Part shown: piece after piece, positions 27,340 through 39,339 of the stretch
How positions within the stretch are numbered: the stretch's first letter is position 1
Layout of the letters: each line of letters begins with the position of its first letter
NCBI GenBank assembly: GCA_030265395.1
Contig: JARFYF010000017.1
Coordinates: forward strand, 42,681,144-42,745,143
Source: Rhina ancylostomus
Taxonomy: Eukaryota
DNA: 64,000 nt
Direction: 5' to 3'
Made by a program: the position numbers and the translations under genes
The notes under the pieces: generated by a model
What the model was told of the DNA's origin: nothing
Databases searched by the model: none
Seen by the model: the letters and a program-made list of their open reading frames with translations, nothing else

Positions 27340-28050
27340 TGTAACGCTGAATGTGAAAATAAAAAGAGAAAACTCAGCAAGTCACAACATCTGTGGAGAG
27401 GCAGTGAGAGTTAACGTTTCCAATCAATTACCATTCATCAGAACTGGAAAAAAAATTAGACATGCAACAAGTTGAAGAGCATGGAGGGGGGGGGAAATCA
27501 GTGAAGGGTGAAGAGAACTAAAGGGAAGGTCTTTGATAGGGTGGAAGGCAGAGGAGACAAGCAGTGGTGGTGTAGTGAAAGAGGGTGGTAAATGTGTTAA
27601 TGTGGGAGGTGTAAATAGAAGGAGATAAGTGAAATTTGAAATACCAGATGTGAGAGTGAGTGAATGCTGGAAATATGAGATACAAACATGAATGGATGAT
27701 TGTCAAATTCAGTTTTGAATTCTGAAGGCTGTAATGGGCCAAGTCAAAAGATAACATGCTGTAGCTTCCACTTATATTGGAAGAGTGTAGGAGGTCAGGA
27801 GCAGAGAGGGAGTGGAATAGAGAATTACCGGCTCAGTGTCACCTGTAGAAACATCCTCTGCAAAGCCATCATCTCATCTTTGTTTAGTTTCTCCAGTGTA
27901 GTGGTGACAACATCATGAGTACGGGGATCGAGTTAAAGTTTCAGGTCAATGACCTTTCATTAAAGTTTTAATTAAATGTCATCAACTGTTTCTGTTTATA
28001 GATCTTGCCTGACAGGCTGAGCATTTTCAGCATTTTCTGTTTTTCATTTA
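27340..28050 (-). mobile_element. Penelope-like 3' fragment with two direct hammerhead-like termini and an inverted end
   Basis: Purine-rich tract plus reverse-complement GIY-YIG tail sequence; terminus motifs at 27409 and 27931; inverted copy at ~27985-28050. Confidence 0.6.
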
Positions 28051-28899
28051 GGAAATCAAGCATATTGCTTCATAGACAATAACCAGACATTGGACATAAG
28101 AGAAAATGGTCTTTCTGGCAGCTCTTAAAGTGCCTTTTATTGGGAGGATTCCAACACAGGACCATAGAGGTGAGATGTTTTTAAATCGTGTTGGTATCAG
28201 ATGAAAGCAAGCTCATAAATGCATAACTTTGACAGCAACCCAAATATCAAACAGTCGCTGCTGGGAACTGGGTCAGAAGCCTGAATTTATTTCATGGTCA
28301 AGCATAACATTTAACAAGTGAACATTTGATTCAAGTACCTGAGAGGGCTTCTCTCATTTGACACCTGAGGCTCTGAGTGAAAGTTTCCTTCATCTGTGAC
28401 CTTAGAGCGCACCTAGCAACAGGGGGTAGCTACAAAGTCACAAAAAAGAAATAAAAGTAATATGAGTAATAGACTGTGTGGAATTTGATTATCTGTTGTC
28501 AAGTAACAGAATTTAAATAGTGAAAGCAGCTAAGGGAATGAAATGAGTCATGCAGTGTGTAAAAAAAAAACTCAGGTATTGAAAAAAAATGCTTTTTTAC
28601 ATTTGCCTCACTTTCTCCTGAGGCCTTCCCTTTCTTGTGATTTCTCTGTATGCATAGTGTGTATATTTAGAACTTCTTGGCTACCAATATCTATTTCCAG
28701 TTTAGAATCCTAGATAAATTAGAAAGGACTATTGTATGTGTGAAAATATACTCTCTGCTTCCTGTTATGGTGTTTACTTGCCCAAGTGTTCTGCAGAATG
28801 ATGATAGTAATTAGAGAGAGTGCGTTGCACACTTGGAAGATGGAGTACAAATCAGTGAACCAGGTATGGGGCAAGTAGGTTCTGCAACGGTTTATCTTT

Positions 28900-30110
28900 G
28901 GAATTACATGGAAATCATCTTTCAGAAGTATGCCATTTAACCCAACTAGTCCATTTATGCTCTCCTTAAGTCTCCTCCCATCTTTTCTTATCCAGCTCTA
29001 TCAACACGTTCTCTAGTCTCCCTTGAAATTGAATTAAACAACTTGCCTCAATGTTCCCTGCTGTAGCAAGTTCCACATTCTCATCATTCTGTGAGTAATT
29101 CTCTATTTAATTATCTGTTTAATTTTGACAGCAAATTCTATTTTTCCTCAGCTCTATTCCACGAAAATTCACTCTCTCATAAAAACATTTATGATGTTAA
29201 AGACCTGTTAGATCACATTTCAGCCTTCGCTTTTCAAGCTCAGTTGTAACCTTGCACTTCTGGTTTCATTCCTGCATACCTTTTATATCCTCTCCAGTGC
29301 CCAGATTTGTATCCCATAGTTCAATAGTTGCCTGAGGTTGCAAGCAAATTTAACATAACATCCTGACTGTCTAATTCTCTCTCTCTGGAAATATATTCTA
29401 ATGCTAACTCCCCCCCTCCTCAAATCTATACTTGATGAGCAGAAGGGCCTGTTCCTGTACTGTACTATATTTTATGTTCCTCGAATTCATATTTTCCAAA
29501 TAATACATGATCTTAATTTTCTTTCCAGAATGTAATATGTCACATTCACCTGCTTTGAAATTTAGCAATAAACTTGCAGAATGGACAAGTAATTAATGTT
29601 TTCTCCTTAATCATTAGAACCTTCTGTGATATTAACTACTCTCCCATAACTTAATATAATTTGTCAATTTAAAAATTGGTGTTTTGGTTTGAAGGTCTAA
29701 GTATTTAGCACAACTTGGGAACAAACCTGGTCTTGCCACTGAGTCAACTAAAATGCCATCTGTCTTCTGCCTCCTTGGGTAGCTACGCTTTACCTCTACT
29801 TTCTGATTTCCATAAAATCGTCTGGTTATCCACTTATCCTTAATTCAGATGCCCNNNNNNNNNNNNNNNNNNNNNNNNNNNNNNNNNNNNNNNNNNNNNN
29901 NNNNNNNNNNNNNNNNNNNNNNNNNNNNNNNNNNNNNNNNNNNNNNNNNNNNNNTTCAGATGCCCTGACTTTATTTGTTAACCTATTACAATGACAAAAT
30001 CTGGGCCTTATGGAAAACTCCAGTTCTTTTCTGATCTCTATGTTACTTCTTCAAAGACTTTAATGAGGTTTCACAAGCAAGCCCTTTCCCATTGAACATA
30101 GACTACCCTA
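28900..30110 (-). mobile_element. Decayed CR1 fragments
   Basis: Reverse-complement CR1 motifs (gtagcaagttccacattctcatcattctgtgagt). Confidence 0.5.
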
Positions 30111-30689
30111 CTCCCCTTAAATTGCAGTATTCTGCTCAGCATCAACCCCGACATCCTCAGCAAATCTGCTGACAAGAGTAGTGCAGTAATGCTTTGGTAA
30201 ATTGACCTCTATGTCACAGAAGTCAGAAGTCGGCTGTCTGACACCACCTTTTTCCTCCCTCTGGGACCCCACCATTGAACATCAAGACACCATCTCCCAG
30301 TCACGGACCTAATTTTTTTAAAAAAAGAACTTCCTCCACAGCCTTCAGTCTCGGTCCTCCAGCCCAACATAGTCTGCTTCCATCTCTTTCTCAAGATCCA
30401 TAAACAAGATTATCCCAATACAGCCATTGTTTGATCCTGTTCTTGCCTCACAGAACTTATTTTTTTCTTCTTCCAGTCCCTATCCACTCACATCTACAAC
30501 GCCTCTGATACCCTCCACCACTTTGACAATTTCTTGCTTCTAAACAATACACCTTCACCAGTTTCTCTCCATCCATATTCCAAATCTATATGGTCTGAGG
30601 GCATTTCATTTCTTCCCTGAACAGAGAAGCAACATCCCTCTCCACCACCATCTGGAGCAACTGGATAACAAAGACACCTACGTCAGACT

Positions 30690-31366
30690 GTGATAAGGTG
30701 GTGTACAGGAGTGAGACAGATCGGCTGCTTGAGTGGTGTCCTAATAACAACCTCGCACTCAACATCAGCAAGATCAAGGAATTGATTGTGGATTTCAGGA
30801 AAGGAAAGTTGGGAGAACACACAACAGTCCTCATTGAGGGGTCAGCAGTGGAAAGGGTGAGCAGCTTCAGGTTCCTGGGCATCAACATCTCAGAGGATCT
30901 ATCTTGGGCCCAACAATCACGAAGAAGACACGCCAGTGGCTCTACTTCATTTGGAGTTTGGTATGTCATCATACAGAGGCTCCAATGCACAGGATCAGAA
31001 GAGGCTGTAGAGGGTTGTGAACTCAGCCAGCTCCATCATGGGCACAAACCTCCCCGCCAGAGCACATCTTCAAGAGGCGGTACCTCAAGGCAGCAGCATC
31101 ACTAAGGACCCTCACCACCCAGGACATGCCCTCTTCACATTACTAACATCGGGGAGGAGCTACAGGAGCCTGACAACCCACACTCAACATTTCAGAAACA
31201 CCTTCTTCCCCTCTATCAGATTTCTGAATGGTCCATGGACACTACCTTGTTAGTCCTCTGTTGCACTATAATTTTTGTAACTTGTAGTAATTTTTATGTC
31301 TTGCACTATACTGCTGCTGCAAAACAAATTTCACAACATGTCAGTGATAATAAACCTGATTCTAAC
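30690..31366 (+). mobile_element. Rex1/Babar LINE 3' fragment (inner element)
   Basis: WCPNNNLALNISKIKELIVDFRK...VERVSSFRFLGINISEDLSW, DPHHPGHALFTLLTSGRSYRSL, tail gataataaacctgattct. Confidence 0.85.
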
Positions 31367-32180
31367 TAGTATTTATTGACTACAGCTTCACCTTCAATAC
31401 CATAATTCCAAGCAAACTCATCCCCAAACTCCTTGACCTGAGTCTCAACTTCCTGACCAACAGGCCACAATCACCAAGGATAGGAAGCAACACCTCCACC
31501 ATGATTATTCTCAACAGTGGTGCCCCACAAGGCTGCATCCTCAGCCCCCTACTCTACTCCCCATACACTCATAACTGCACGGCTAGATTCTGCTTGAACT
31601 CCGTCTACAAGTTTGCAGATAACACCACCATAGAGGCTGAATCTCAAATGACAGTGAGTCAGACTACAGGAGGGAGATAGAGAGCCGAGTGACATGGCGT
31701 TATGACAACAACCTCTCCCTCAATGTCAGCAAAACAAGAGCTGGTCATTGACTTCAGGAAGCAGGGCAGTGTACACACTCATGTTTACATCAATGATACT
31801 GACGCAGAGATGTTTGACAGCTTCATGTTCCTAGGTGTAAGCACCACCAAAAGCTTGTTCTGGTCCAACCATGAAGATGCCATGGTCAAGAAAGTGCATC
31901 AACGTCTCTACTTCCTCAGGAGGCCAAGGAAATTTGCTATGTCCACATTGACCCTCCCCAATTTTTATAGATGCACCATAGAAAACATCCTATCCAGATG
32001 CATCATGGCTTGGTATAGAGACTGTTCTGCCCAAGACCACAGGAAACTCCAGAGTTGTGGACACACCTCAGTACGTCACGGAAACCAGTCTCTCCTCCAT
32101 TGACTGTCTACACTTCTCACTGCCTCTGAAAAGCAACCACTTTATCTCAGTACATGTGACAATAATAAACCAATTACCAA
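31367..32180 (+). mobile_element. Rex1/Babar LINE RT and 3' fragment (outer element; its first ~40 nt are at 30650-30690)
   Basis: FIDYS-FNTI, GAPQGCILSPLLYS, KFAD, KKVHQRLYFLRR...NFYRCTIENIL, tail gtgacaataataaaccaattacc. Confidence 0.85.
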
Positions 32181-34769
32181 CACGCTCATTCACCTGGCTG
32201 AACTTGTTCTTAAATTGAATAACTTCAACTTCATTCACTTCCTTCAGGTCAAAAGGTATAGCTATGAGTCCAAGCTATGCATGTCTTTTTGTGTATACAT
32301 GGAACAACCCTCATTTCAGTTCTATTCAGATCTCCTTCTTCAATCCTTTTCCATTACATTATGACTGCATCAGTGATGATTCCTTCACTGATACAGAACT
32401 CTAATTGCATTGCCATTGCTGCTCATTTCCACCCTGTAATTCATGTGGTCCTGATCCGACTGTTCCCTTCCCTTTCTTAATCTGTGACAGGTTAGTGGCC
32501 AATATCTATTATGGTCCCATAACTCCAACCATCCTGCTTCTTGTCAGTACTACAGTCCATTCTCCATTTTCTCTGTTGCTATCACATGAACTCTGATGGC
32601 ACAACTTTGCGTATTAGTTTCTGAGACGACATCCATTTTCCCCGAATCATGGTTTCCCCTCCACCAAAACTGACAGGACACTCAACTGCATCTCCTCTCT
32701 CCTGCATTCTGCCCTCACTTCCTTCTCCCAGCCAAAGGTTAGGACTCACTTTGTCCTCACCTTCCATACACCCTCACAATGGATCATCCTCCATAATTTA
32801 TGCCTTGTTCGAAAGGATCCTACCACCAGACACATCTACTTTCACCATTCTGAAAGGGACTGTTTCCACCGTGACTCTGTTTCGCCCTGTTATCTCCCAA
32901 CAATCTCTCCCCTTCTCTCATCATTTTACCATGCAATTTTTATTTAGATGTCACACTTGTCCTCACTTCTTTATCTCCCACCATCCAGGAACCCAAACAG
33001 TCCTTCCAGGTGAAGCAGAAATTCATTTGCATTTCTTCTTGCTTTAAGTGCTCACAATGGAGAAACGAAACAGAAGTCGGGCAACTATATTGCAGAGTAC
33101 CTCCATCCAATCCACAAGAGCTTCCAGTTACTTGCCCTTGAATTCTCAATTCCCCTTTGATCTCAACTCCTTCACTTTTCCACTGACACCCAATGCGAGC
33201 TCAAGGAACAGCACCTTTTATCTATCTGGTATGTCGTCGCCCATTGGACTCAATAATGAATTCAGCAATTTTAGATAATTTAAAATAATTGTCAAGTCAT
33301 TGAGTCATAGAGAGAATCTGCACAGAAACAGACCCTTTGGCTCAGAGTCCGTGCCCACCATCAACCACCCATTTACATTCATGTTATTACCCTGACAACT
33401 TTGGCTATTCCTTCAGCTCTCTCCTATCCCTACCCCACCATAACTTAAAATGTGCTTCCTTTTTCACTCTGATGAAGGGTCTGTGACCCAAAACATCGGC
33501 ACTGTTTCTTTCTCCATAGATGCTGTCTGACCTGCTGATTCTTAAAGTATTTTTTATTTTGGACTTCCAGTATCTGCAATTCCAAGATAATTCCCACACT
33601 GACTATTCATTTTTAGAGCCTAAGAGTCGCTCTATTTCCTACTATACTTCCTACTGCCAATGTTGAGCTAACTGTGGTTTCCTGGGCATGCTTATTTTCT
33701 TTTAAGTTAGGAATTGCATCAGCGCATTCTCAAGTCTTGGCACTGTCTTTTTTCTCGCAAGTTATCCAAATGTGCAGTAGTGTCCCGATCATCTTTAAAA
33801 CAATCGAGATCAGAGATGTTAAACTTAGAGTTTGATTAACATTTCATCATTCAAAACAAATCTGCTCTTTTTAGACACTGGCTTGTCCACTGGTCAATCA
33901 CACTTCTTGATATTCAGACTGCCAGCATTTGTAATTATCTACAATAATGAATGTTGCAGTCACATACTACAGTACTGGCACCATGCGTAATGCACTCAGA
34001 GTTCTTGCTAAAATATTCACCTGGAACATTAACTCCTTTTTCTTTCTGATCCTGACTGATTTATTGTTTATTTCCAGTTTTATCTGGTTAAAATATCTGA
34101 GTTTTCATTGATCTAGTCTCCAGGGTCTGGTTAACTTTTAATTACCTCACAGCTGGCATTGTATTTTTAAGTCTAGATAAGGCTGTTCCAAAATATAAAA
34201 CTTTTTTGGCCAAATTTTCCTTTCTTCCCCCCCCCCCCCCAAAACTATAATGTTATTTCATCAGCACAGTAATTTACTTAATTCAAAACCCTTCAAATGA
34301 TATTTAGCAGTAAAGCCAATTGTTGACTGGGGGGTGGGTTAAGGAATTTGGAACAACCTTCACAGCTACATCCAACCTGGTCTTCAGTGGAGATCACTGG
34401 ATGGCAAATCAAACATTGCCCAATTTTGTCTTTTCTGCCACAAGCCAAAGACCTGCAAGGACACTTCCCTGATATTATAGCAACAATCCTCCAAGATCAG
34501 TGGCCCCGGCATGGAGAGGGATTGAACATCAAACCCATTGTTTTTTTTAAAAAAAATTTTTAAGTGATTGAGTTAGAACAGAACATTCTGTCAGTATTGT
34601 CAGCACAACAGAGAAAAGATAACATTTTGGAGCTCAGCCCTTCATCACATATTGTCTTTGTTCATTACAGGTGGCTACTGAACAGGCTTATTTCATATTT
34701 TGCATTTATCTTATGTAGCACCTCTAAATTAACTGGCCCACAAAATAACATTTGTGATCAGCATCCACA

Positions 34770-35440
34770 AGAATAGGAAATCAGCTATTCAGCCATTTGA
34801 GCCAGCTCCTCCATTCAGTTAATGGCTATCTGCATCCTACAGCCATTTAGTGACTTAATTCGTCATCTAGTAACACTTTAACCAACAAAAATCTACGTGG
34901 TAGACTCCATTTGTCCCAGCAACAAGTCTCTTAGAGCAGAGAGTTCAAACTTATTTGTGTACTTTCCGATTTGCCTCCCAAGTGGCCTGACTTCAATTAT
35001 AACCATGTTCCCCTTATTCTTGATTTTCTATTAGAGAGAATTCATTTTTATCCATTCTATCAAGTACAATGGATTAAACACTCTGATCCCATTGCTTATC
35101 AATGTTCTGTACTCAAGAGACAGGTTTATGGAATCTAACCTGATAATTTAACCTTTCCAGCAAATCTCTGCTGTATCTTCTCCAAAATTAAAAGACAATT
35201 GCTTGGGCACAGTATCCTCAGCAGTGTAAAATTCTCTAGATGGGCACCAAGATTCTGAATCATAACTTCCCAGTAACCTATTAATTAAAACATACTCTTA
35301 ATTTTTTTTTGCAGCTACTAGCTTTAAAAAGTGTAATTGCCTGCTAAAATGTCTTTGCTTCACCAAAGTTTGGACAATACTGCAATTCACCTCTTTTTGG
35401 GTTCAAAGTAGAAAGACCTTGCTTTTATTGCCCAGTGCAT
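34770..35440 (-). mobile_element. Decayed CR1 3' fragment
   Basis: Starts with the reverse-complement tail aataggaaatcagctattcagccatttgagccagctcctccattc. Confidence 0.55.
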
Positions 35441-36899
35441 ACTTGGAAAGAGCAATCCAAACAGAATCCTCCCCAGTGAACCATTGAGATAACTTTCAAT
35501 GCAAACTCCAATCTTTTAATTTTCTTTGAATATCAAATTCACCTTTGTGGAGATTTAGTTTGTTGCAGATAAGAGGCAAAAATGAGTAAACCCCCACATA
35601 GGAGGCAGAAACAAGGCTTGGATGCAGAGACACAGGACAGGCCCAAATGGGCTGCAGTTGGAGTAGAGTGGAGTGAGTACTGGACATGCCAAAGGGACAG
35701 GAAAGTATAGCTGCAAGGATTGCTTATAGGGCTATACATAGGTACAAGGGATAGGGACAATTATAAGGCTGTAAGGACAGGAACAACTGCAGCAGGGGAA
35801 GAAATGGGATTGGAATTTCAGTTGTGAATGAGATGGCTACAAGGAATTGATACAAAAGGGGATTAAAGTTCTCTAAAAATAAGTGTTATTCCTTTAGAAA
35901 TATACATAATGGCACAATTCTGCAGTAGTATCTTTCAGTTGATACTTGAAATTCCAAACATTGCTCAGCTGATTGGAAATTGTGCATTTCAAAGAGAATT
36001 CATGCTTAGCTTCTCCCTGGCAAGTACGCTGAACTAGTTGGCCTCCTCAATTAAGATATTCTGATTTTCATAAACATCCATCTTATTCTATGACATGTTC
36101 TGCTCAGCTATCAGATATAACAATTTTTTAAAAATCACACAAGTTAATTTTCTTTTCACACATGACTAGTTGCTGAACATAACTAGTAATCAACCTCTCT
36201 AGCTGCTACTTTGAGTGGAAGGAAGAGTGCATGTAGGTTAGTGTAGAGCTCATCTACTACTGTAATGAAGTGATTCAATTCCTAGCTGTATCTCCCTCTC
36301 AGAGTATGCAGAAATTACATGCAACTCTTCATTCAGATCATTCAAATTACAAAAGCTTTAGGGTTGGGGTCTGGTTCAAGTTATTGCAAATGAAAGCTTG
36401 CCAGCCAGGTGTACTACTGACCAGTTTCAAATGAGACAGTTACACTTGACTTAGTGTTCATTGTATCATTGATCTGTATTACAGTACTAATTCTTCAGCA
36501 TGCTGTTTTCAGGAAATGCTGACCTTTTGCATGAACTGACTTTAGATTTGGAAGGTGTTTGAAGTCCCAGTGGATGACAATGCCCTACAAATTTTTTCAT
36601 TAAAATCCTCCAGTTCCACACCAAGCTCACAAGTTGCTGCTGTTCATTCCAACTGACTGACCAAAGTTCTGAGAGTTAGAATTTACTTTGGCTCAGAATT
36701 AGAACTGAACTCATCATTTTTCTTCTCCCACCACCCTCTGCTTCAGACTTTCCAGCAGGGCTTACTATCACATTCCTGATCCATGGCAGTGGAAGAAATT
36801 AATTTCCACATTCACCCAATCCTTCCCACTCTCATTAGGTCTCATCTATACCCATTCTGTCAATGATTAACTTCCCCAGCACTCACCCTGCTTCTCATT

Positions 36900-37255
36900 A
36901 TGTGGCACAGTGGTTGAATTACTGGACTGGTCATCCAGTGACCCAGATTTATGGTCCAGAAACAAGTTTAAATTCCAACAGAAGCTGGAGAATTTAATTC
37001 ATACAAAATGACCTGGAATAAAGAGTTGGAATTTGTCAAGGGTAAGCATGAAACAACTGGAATATCATACAAGTCCATCTAATTCACTGATGTCTGGAGA
37101 ATGAAAACTGCTGGCCTTATCTGACTTGGCCTGAATGACTTTAAACCCAAAGCAATATGGTTGCCTCTTCCTGCCCTCTGAAACAGTCACTTCATTTAGA
37201 GGATGGAAGTAAATGGTGGCCTTGCCAGAAATGCACGCATCAATGAAAAAAAATT
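36900..37255 (+). mobile_element. tRNA-derived SINE sharing its 3' tail with LINE family A
   Basis: A-box-like head gtggcacagtggtt, degenerate B box, tail ggatggaagtaaatggtggccttgccag and A-run. Reverse copies at ~52350-52545 and ~59165-59380. Confidence 0.65.
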
Positions 37256-37460
37256 CCAAAAACTGCTCCCAATCTTCCAGGAATTCAAATCTCCACAGCC
37301 CACATCCTTCTGCCGAATATTCCAATCACCTGTCACTCCCATCCTTGACACATGGGTTCCAAGTTAAATGCAAACTCATAACTGAAACTCTATTCTGCCT
37401 TGAAATTTCTCCCAGTGCCGGGGGATGCTGCTTATTGTTCTTTGTTAAGTTTGCTCCATC

Positions 37461-39131
37461 TTTATTGGAGAGCATTACAAACACAGTAAAAGGGAATAAT
37501 TCCAATCTGTATTTTATAAAACCAGTAAACAGGCATGGGGCAAGACACAGAAAAGATTTAAAAACATGACATGAAATCCAGGAGATTATAATAATCAAGA
37601 AAGACTGAGCAGTCTGTGGACATTCCACTATAAAAGGTGGCTGAGGGGAGACCCAATGGAGGCCTTTAACATTACAGAGTTTGCTAGAATAGGCAGGTGG
37701 TGGTTCCACCTATGGAGATTCCCCAACTGATCATTAAGAACTGTTCATAACCCCAAAATATTCTCTCCATTTATTGCTTGCTTTTCAACTTTCTGTACTT
37801 TCTACAAGTATTATTTATACATGAACTTCAATTTGGTACCCAGATTGATCAAAAAAAAAATCAAATGCAATGCAGATGAGCTCTTACTTTAATTACCTTT
37901 TCCTTTGTGAATTTTGTTCAATCAAGTTTCTAATGCCAAAAATACTAGAGCTATTTGCTGCCAGAGATCTCTTAAAAAAAAAATTAATTCTGGAATGCAA
38001 AAGGTACAGCTGACACCAAGCAAAAAAAAAAGTGATAATTGTTTCAAAGAAAGCCTGGTTGATGACTCCAACATACTATCCAGTTATCACTTGATCAGCA
38101 ATTGTGGGGGCCAGGGAATTAAGCAACAAAATTTCACATGCAGTTATTTTTTTTATTTCAATGTAATCATAATAAAATGACACTTATATACACACTGGAA
38201 GTTTTAATTGCACATGAGCACATTCCCATTCAAGTGCAGACATTGGCTTCCACCGCCTTCACCATGGACCCCAATAGCAAACTTTCTGCATCATATTAGA
38301 CCATAAGACTGTTGGAAACACATTCACTCAATCATTGTCACTTTCCCTTGATCAGCATGTTATCAAAATTTACGTTCTGGTCCTGTGCAACAAGGCACAA
38401 GATGCATTTGTCTATGACAATCTCTAGCACCCATTCAAATCAACAGATCCAAAATGTTTTCCTCCTCAAATCACTAGATGCAGGCATCACACCGAATTGT
38501 ACGTGATCTCAATAATCCTCTGAAGGTCCCCTGATGGTGGGAACTGTTTCCACCCATTGAGACAGAAGGGATTTTGAAAACATTGGGCTTAAATGGCAAT
38601 GCTGAGGGCCAGCCCACAGACTATTAGCAGGTGTCCGCTCCCCACTTGCACTTTGAGTTCCTTTCCCATGAGCCTACTGTAAATCAGCTAAGGGAAGATT
38701 AGAGGTCTTCCTCATCAAAAAGCAGATAAAAGGTGAGAGCTATAAAGTAGGTTGGAAGAGTTGCTGCAAGCCTCTTGGGAACTCCTGGCAACTCATACCA
38801 CTTATGCATTAAAGGCAAACGACATTGCAAATGCCAAAAGAGGTAAAATAATGGAGGGGTAAAATGGTACTAAAAAAAGCCTTTATTCTTACTCAGAGGA
38901 TCTTGTTGCAAATGTCACAATTCTCAAGAGTAGCATTTATCAGCAATGGAAGCAATTAAACTAAGGCCATCGCTTACAGCAGTAGGAATGTTTGATTATT
39001 AGCTGGAGCGGGCAGATCCGTCACACATCACGTCCTATAACGTGCCATGATTCATACCCATCACCAGATTTGGGTCTTTGATTTCCATCCTTGCCGAGTC
39101 AGTGTAAGCAAGGTTACAAATATGGATTCCA
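37461..39131 (-). other. Probable RFWD3 3' UTR with several candidate AATAAA signals
   Basis: AT-rich stretch with no repeat I recognise, downstream of the stop. Minus-strand AATAAA at 38882-38887, 38152-38157, 37770-37775 and 37461-37466. The true end is unknown. Confidence 0.5.
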
Positions 39132-39275
39132 TCAGGCCCACTTGTAGATCTTCACCATTTTTTCAGTCAGAGTTCCCAGGAAACTACCTTGATTCACCTC
39201 GAACGGACAGATATCCAGTATGGGTTGGTCGGCTTGAAGCTTCTGGATGAGGGAGCCAGTCCCTGCATTCCACAA
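39132..39275 (-). CDS. RFWD3: RFWD3 last coding exon with TGA stop
   Basis: acaacag|TTG TGG ... TGG GCC TGA, 144 nt; [47 protein letters not shown], matching the RFWD3 C-terminus. Confidence 0.96.
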   Translation of the reverse strand: MWNAGTGSLIQKLQADQPILDICPFEVNQGSFLGTLTEKMVKIYKWA

Positions 39276-39339
39276 CTGTTGTAGCAAGAGAATGAAAAGG
39301 GTTACAGTCACTAAACTAGAAATGAAAATGGAAGATTAA

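Larger units (their letters stand above)
30150..33590 (+). mobile_element. Decayed Penelope-like retroelement (RT plus GIY-YIG), split by nested Rex1/Babar insertions
   Basis: Remnants of K-ADK-AV (aaatctgctgacaagagtagtgcagta), KIHK-P (aagatccataaacaagattatccc), LAELVL-NNF and QVKG-AM (32195-32275), and the terminus ctgatgaagggtc...agatgctgtctgacctgctga. Confidence 0.75.

Noticed and set aside
36900-36985. tRNA gene
   Set aside because: Only a degenerate tRNA-like SINE head; no cloverleaf can be formed.
39020-39134. TGA read-through or SECIS in RFWD3, and a gcacgttata 10-mer shared with the GLG1 promoter
   Set aside because: The TGA is at the conserved C-terminus and is followed by TAA six codons later; the nearby hairpin lacks SECIS geometry; a 10-mer match is plausible by chance.
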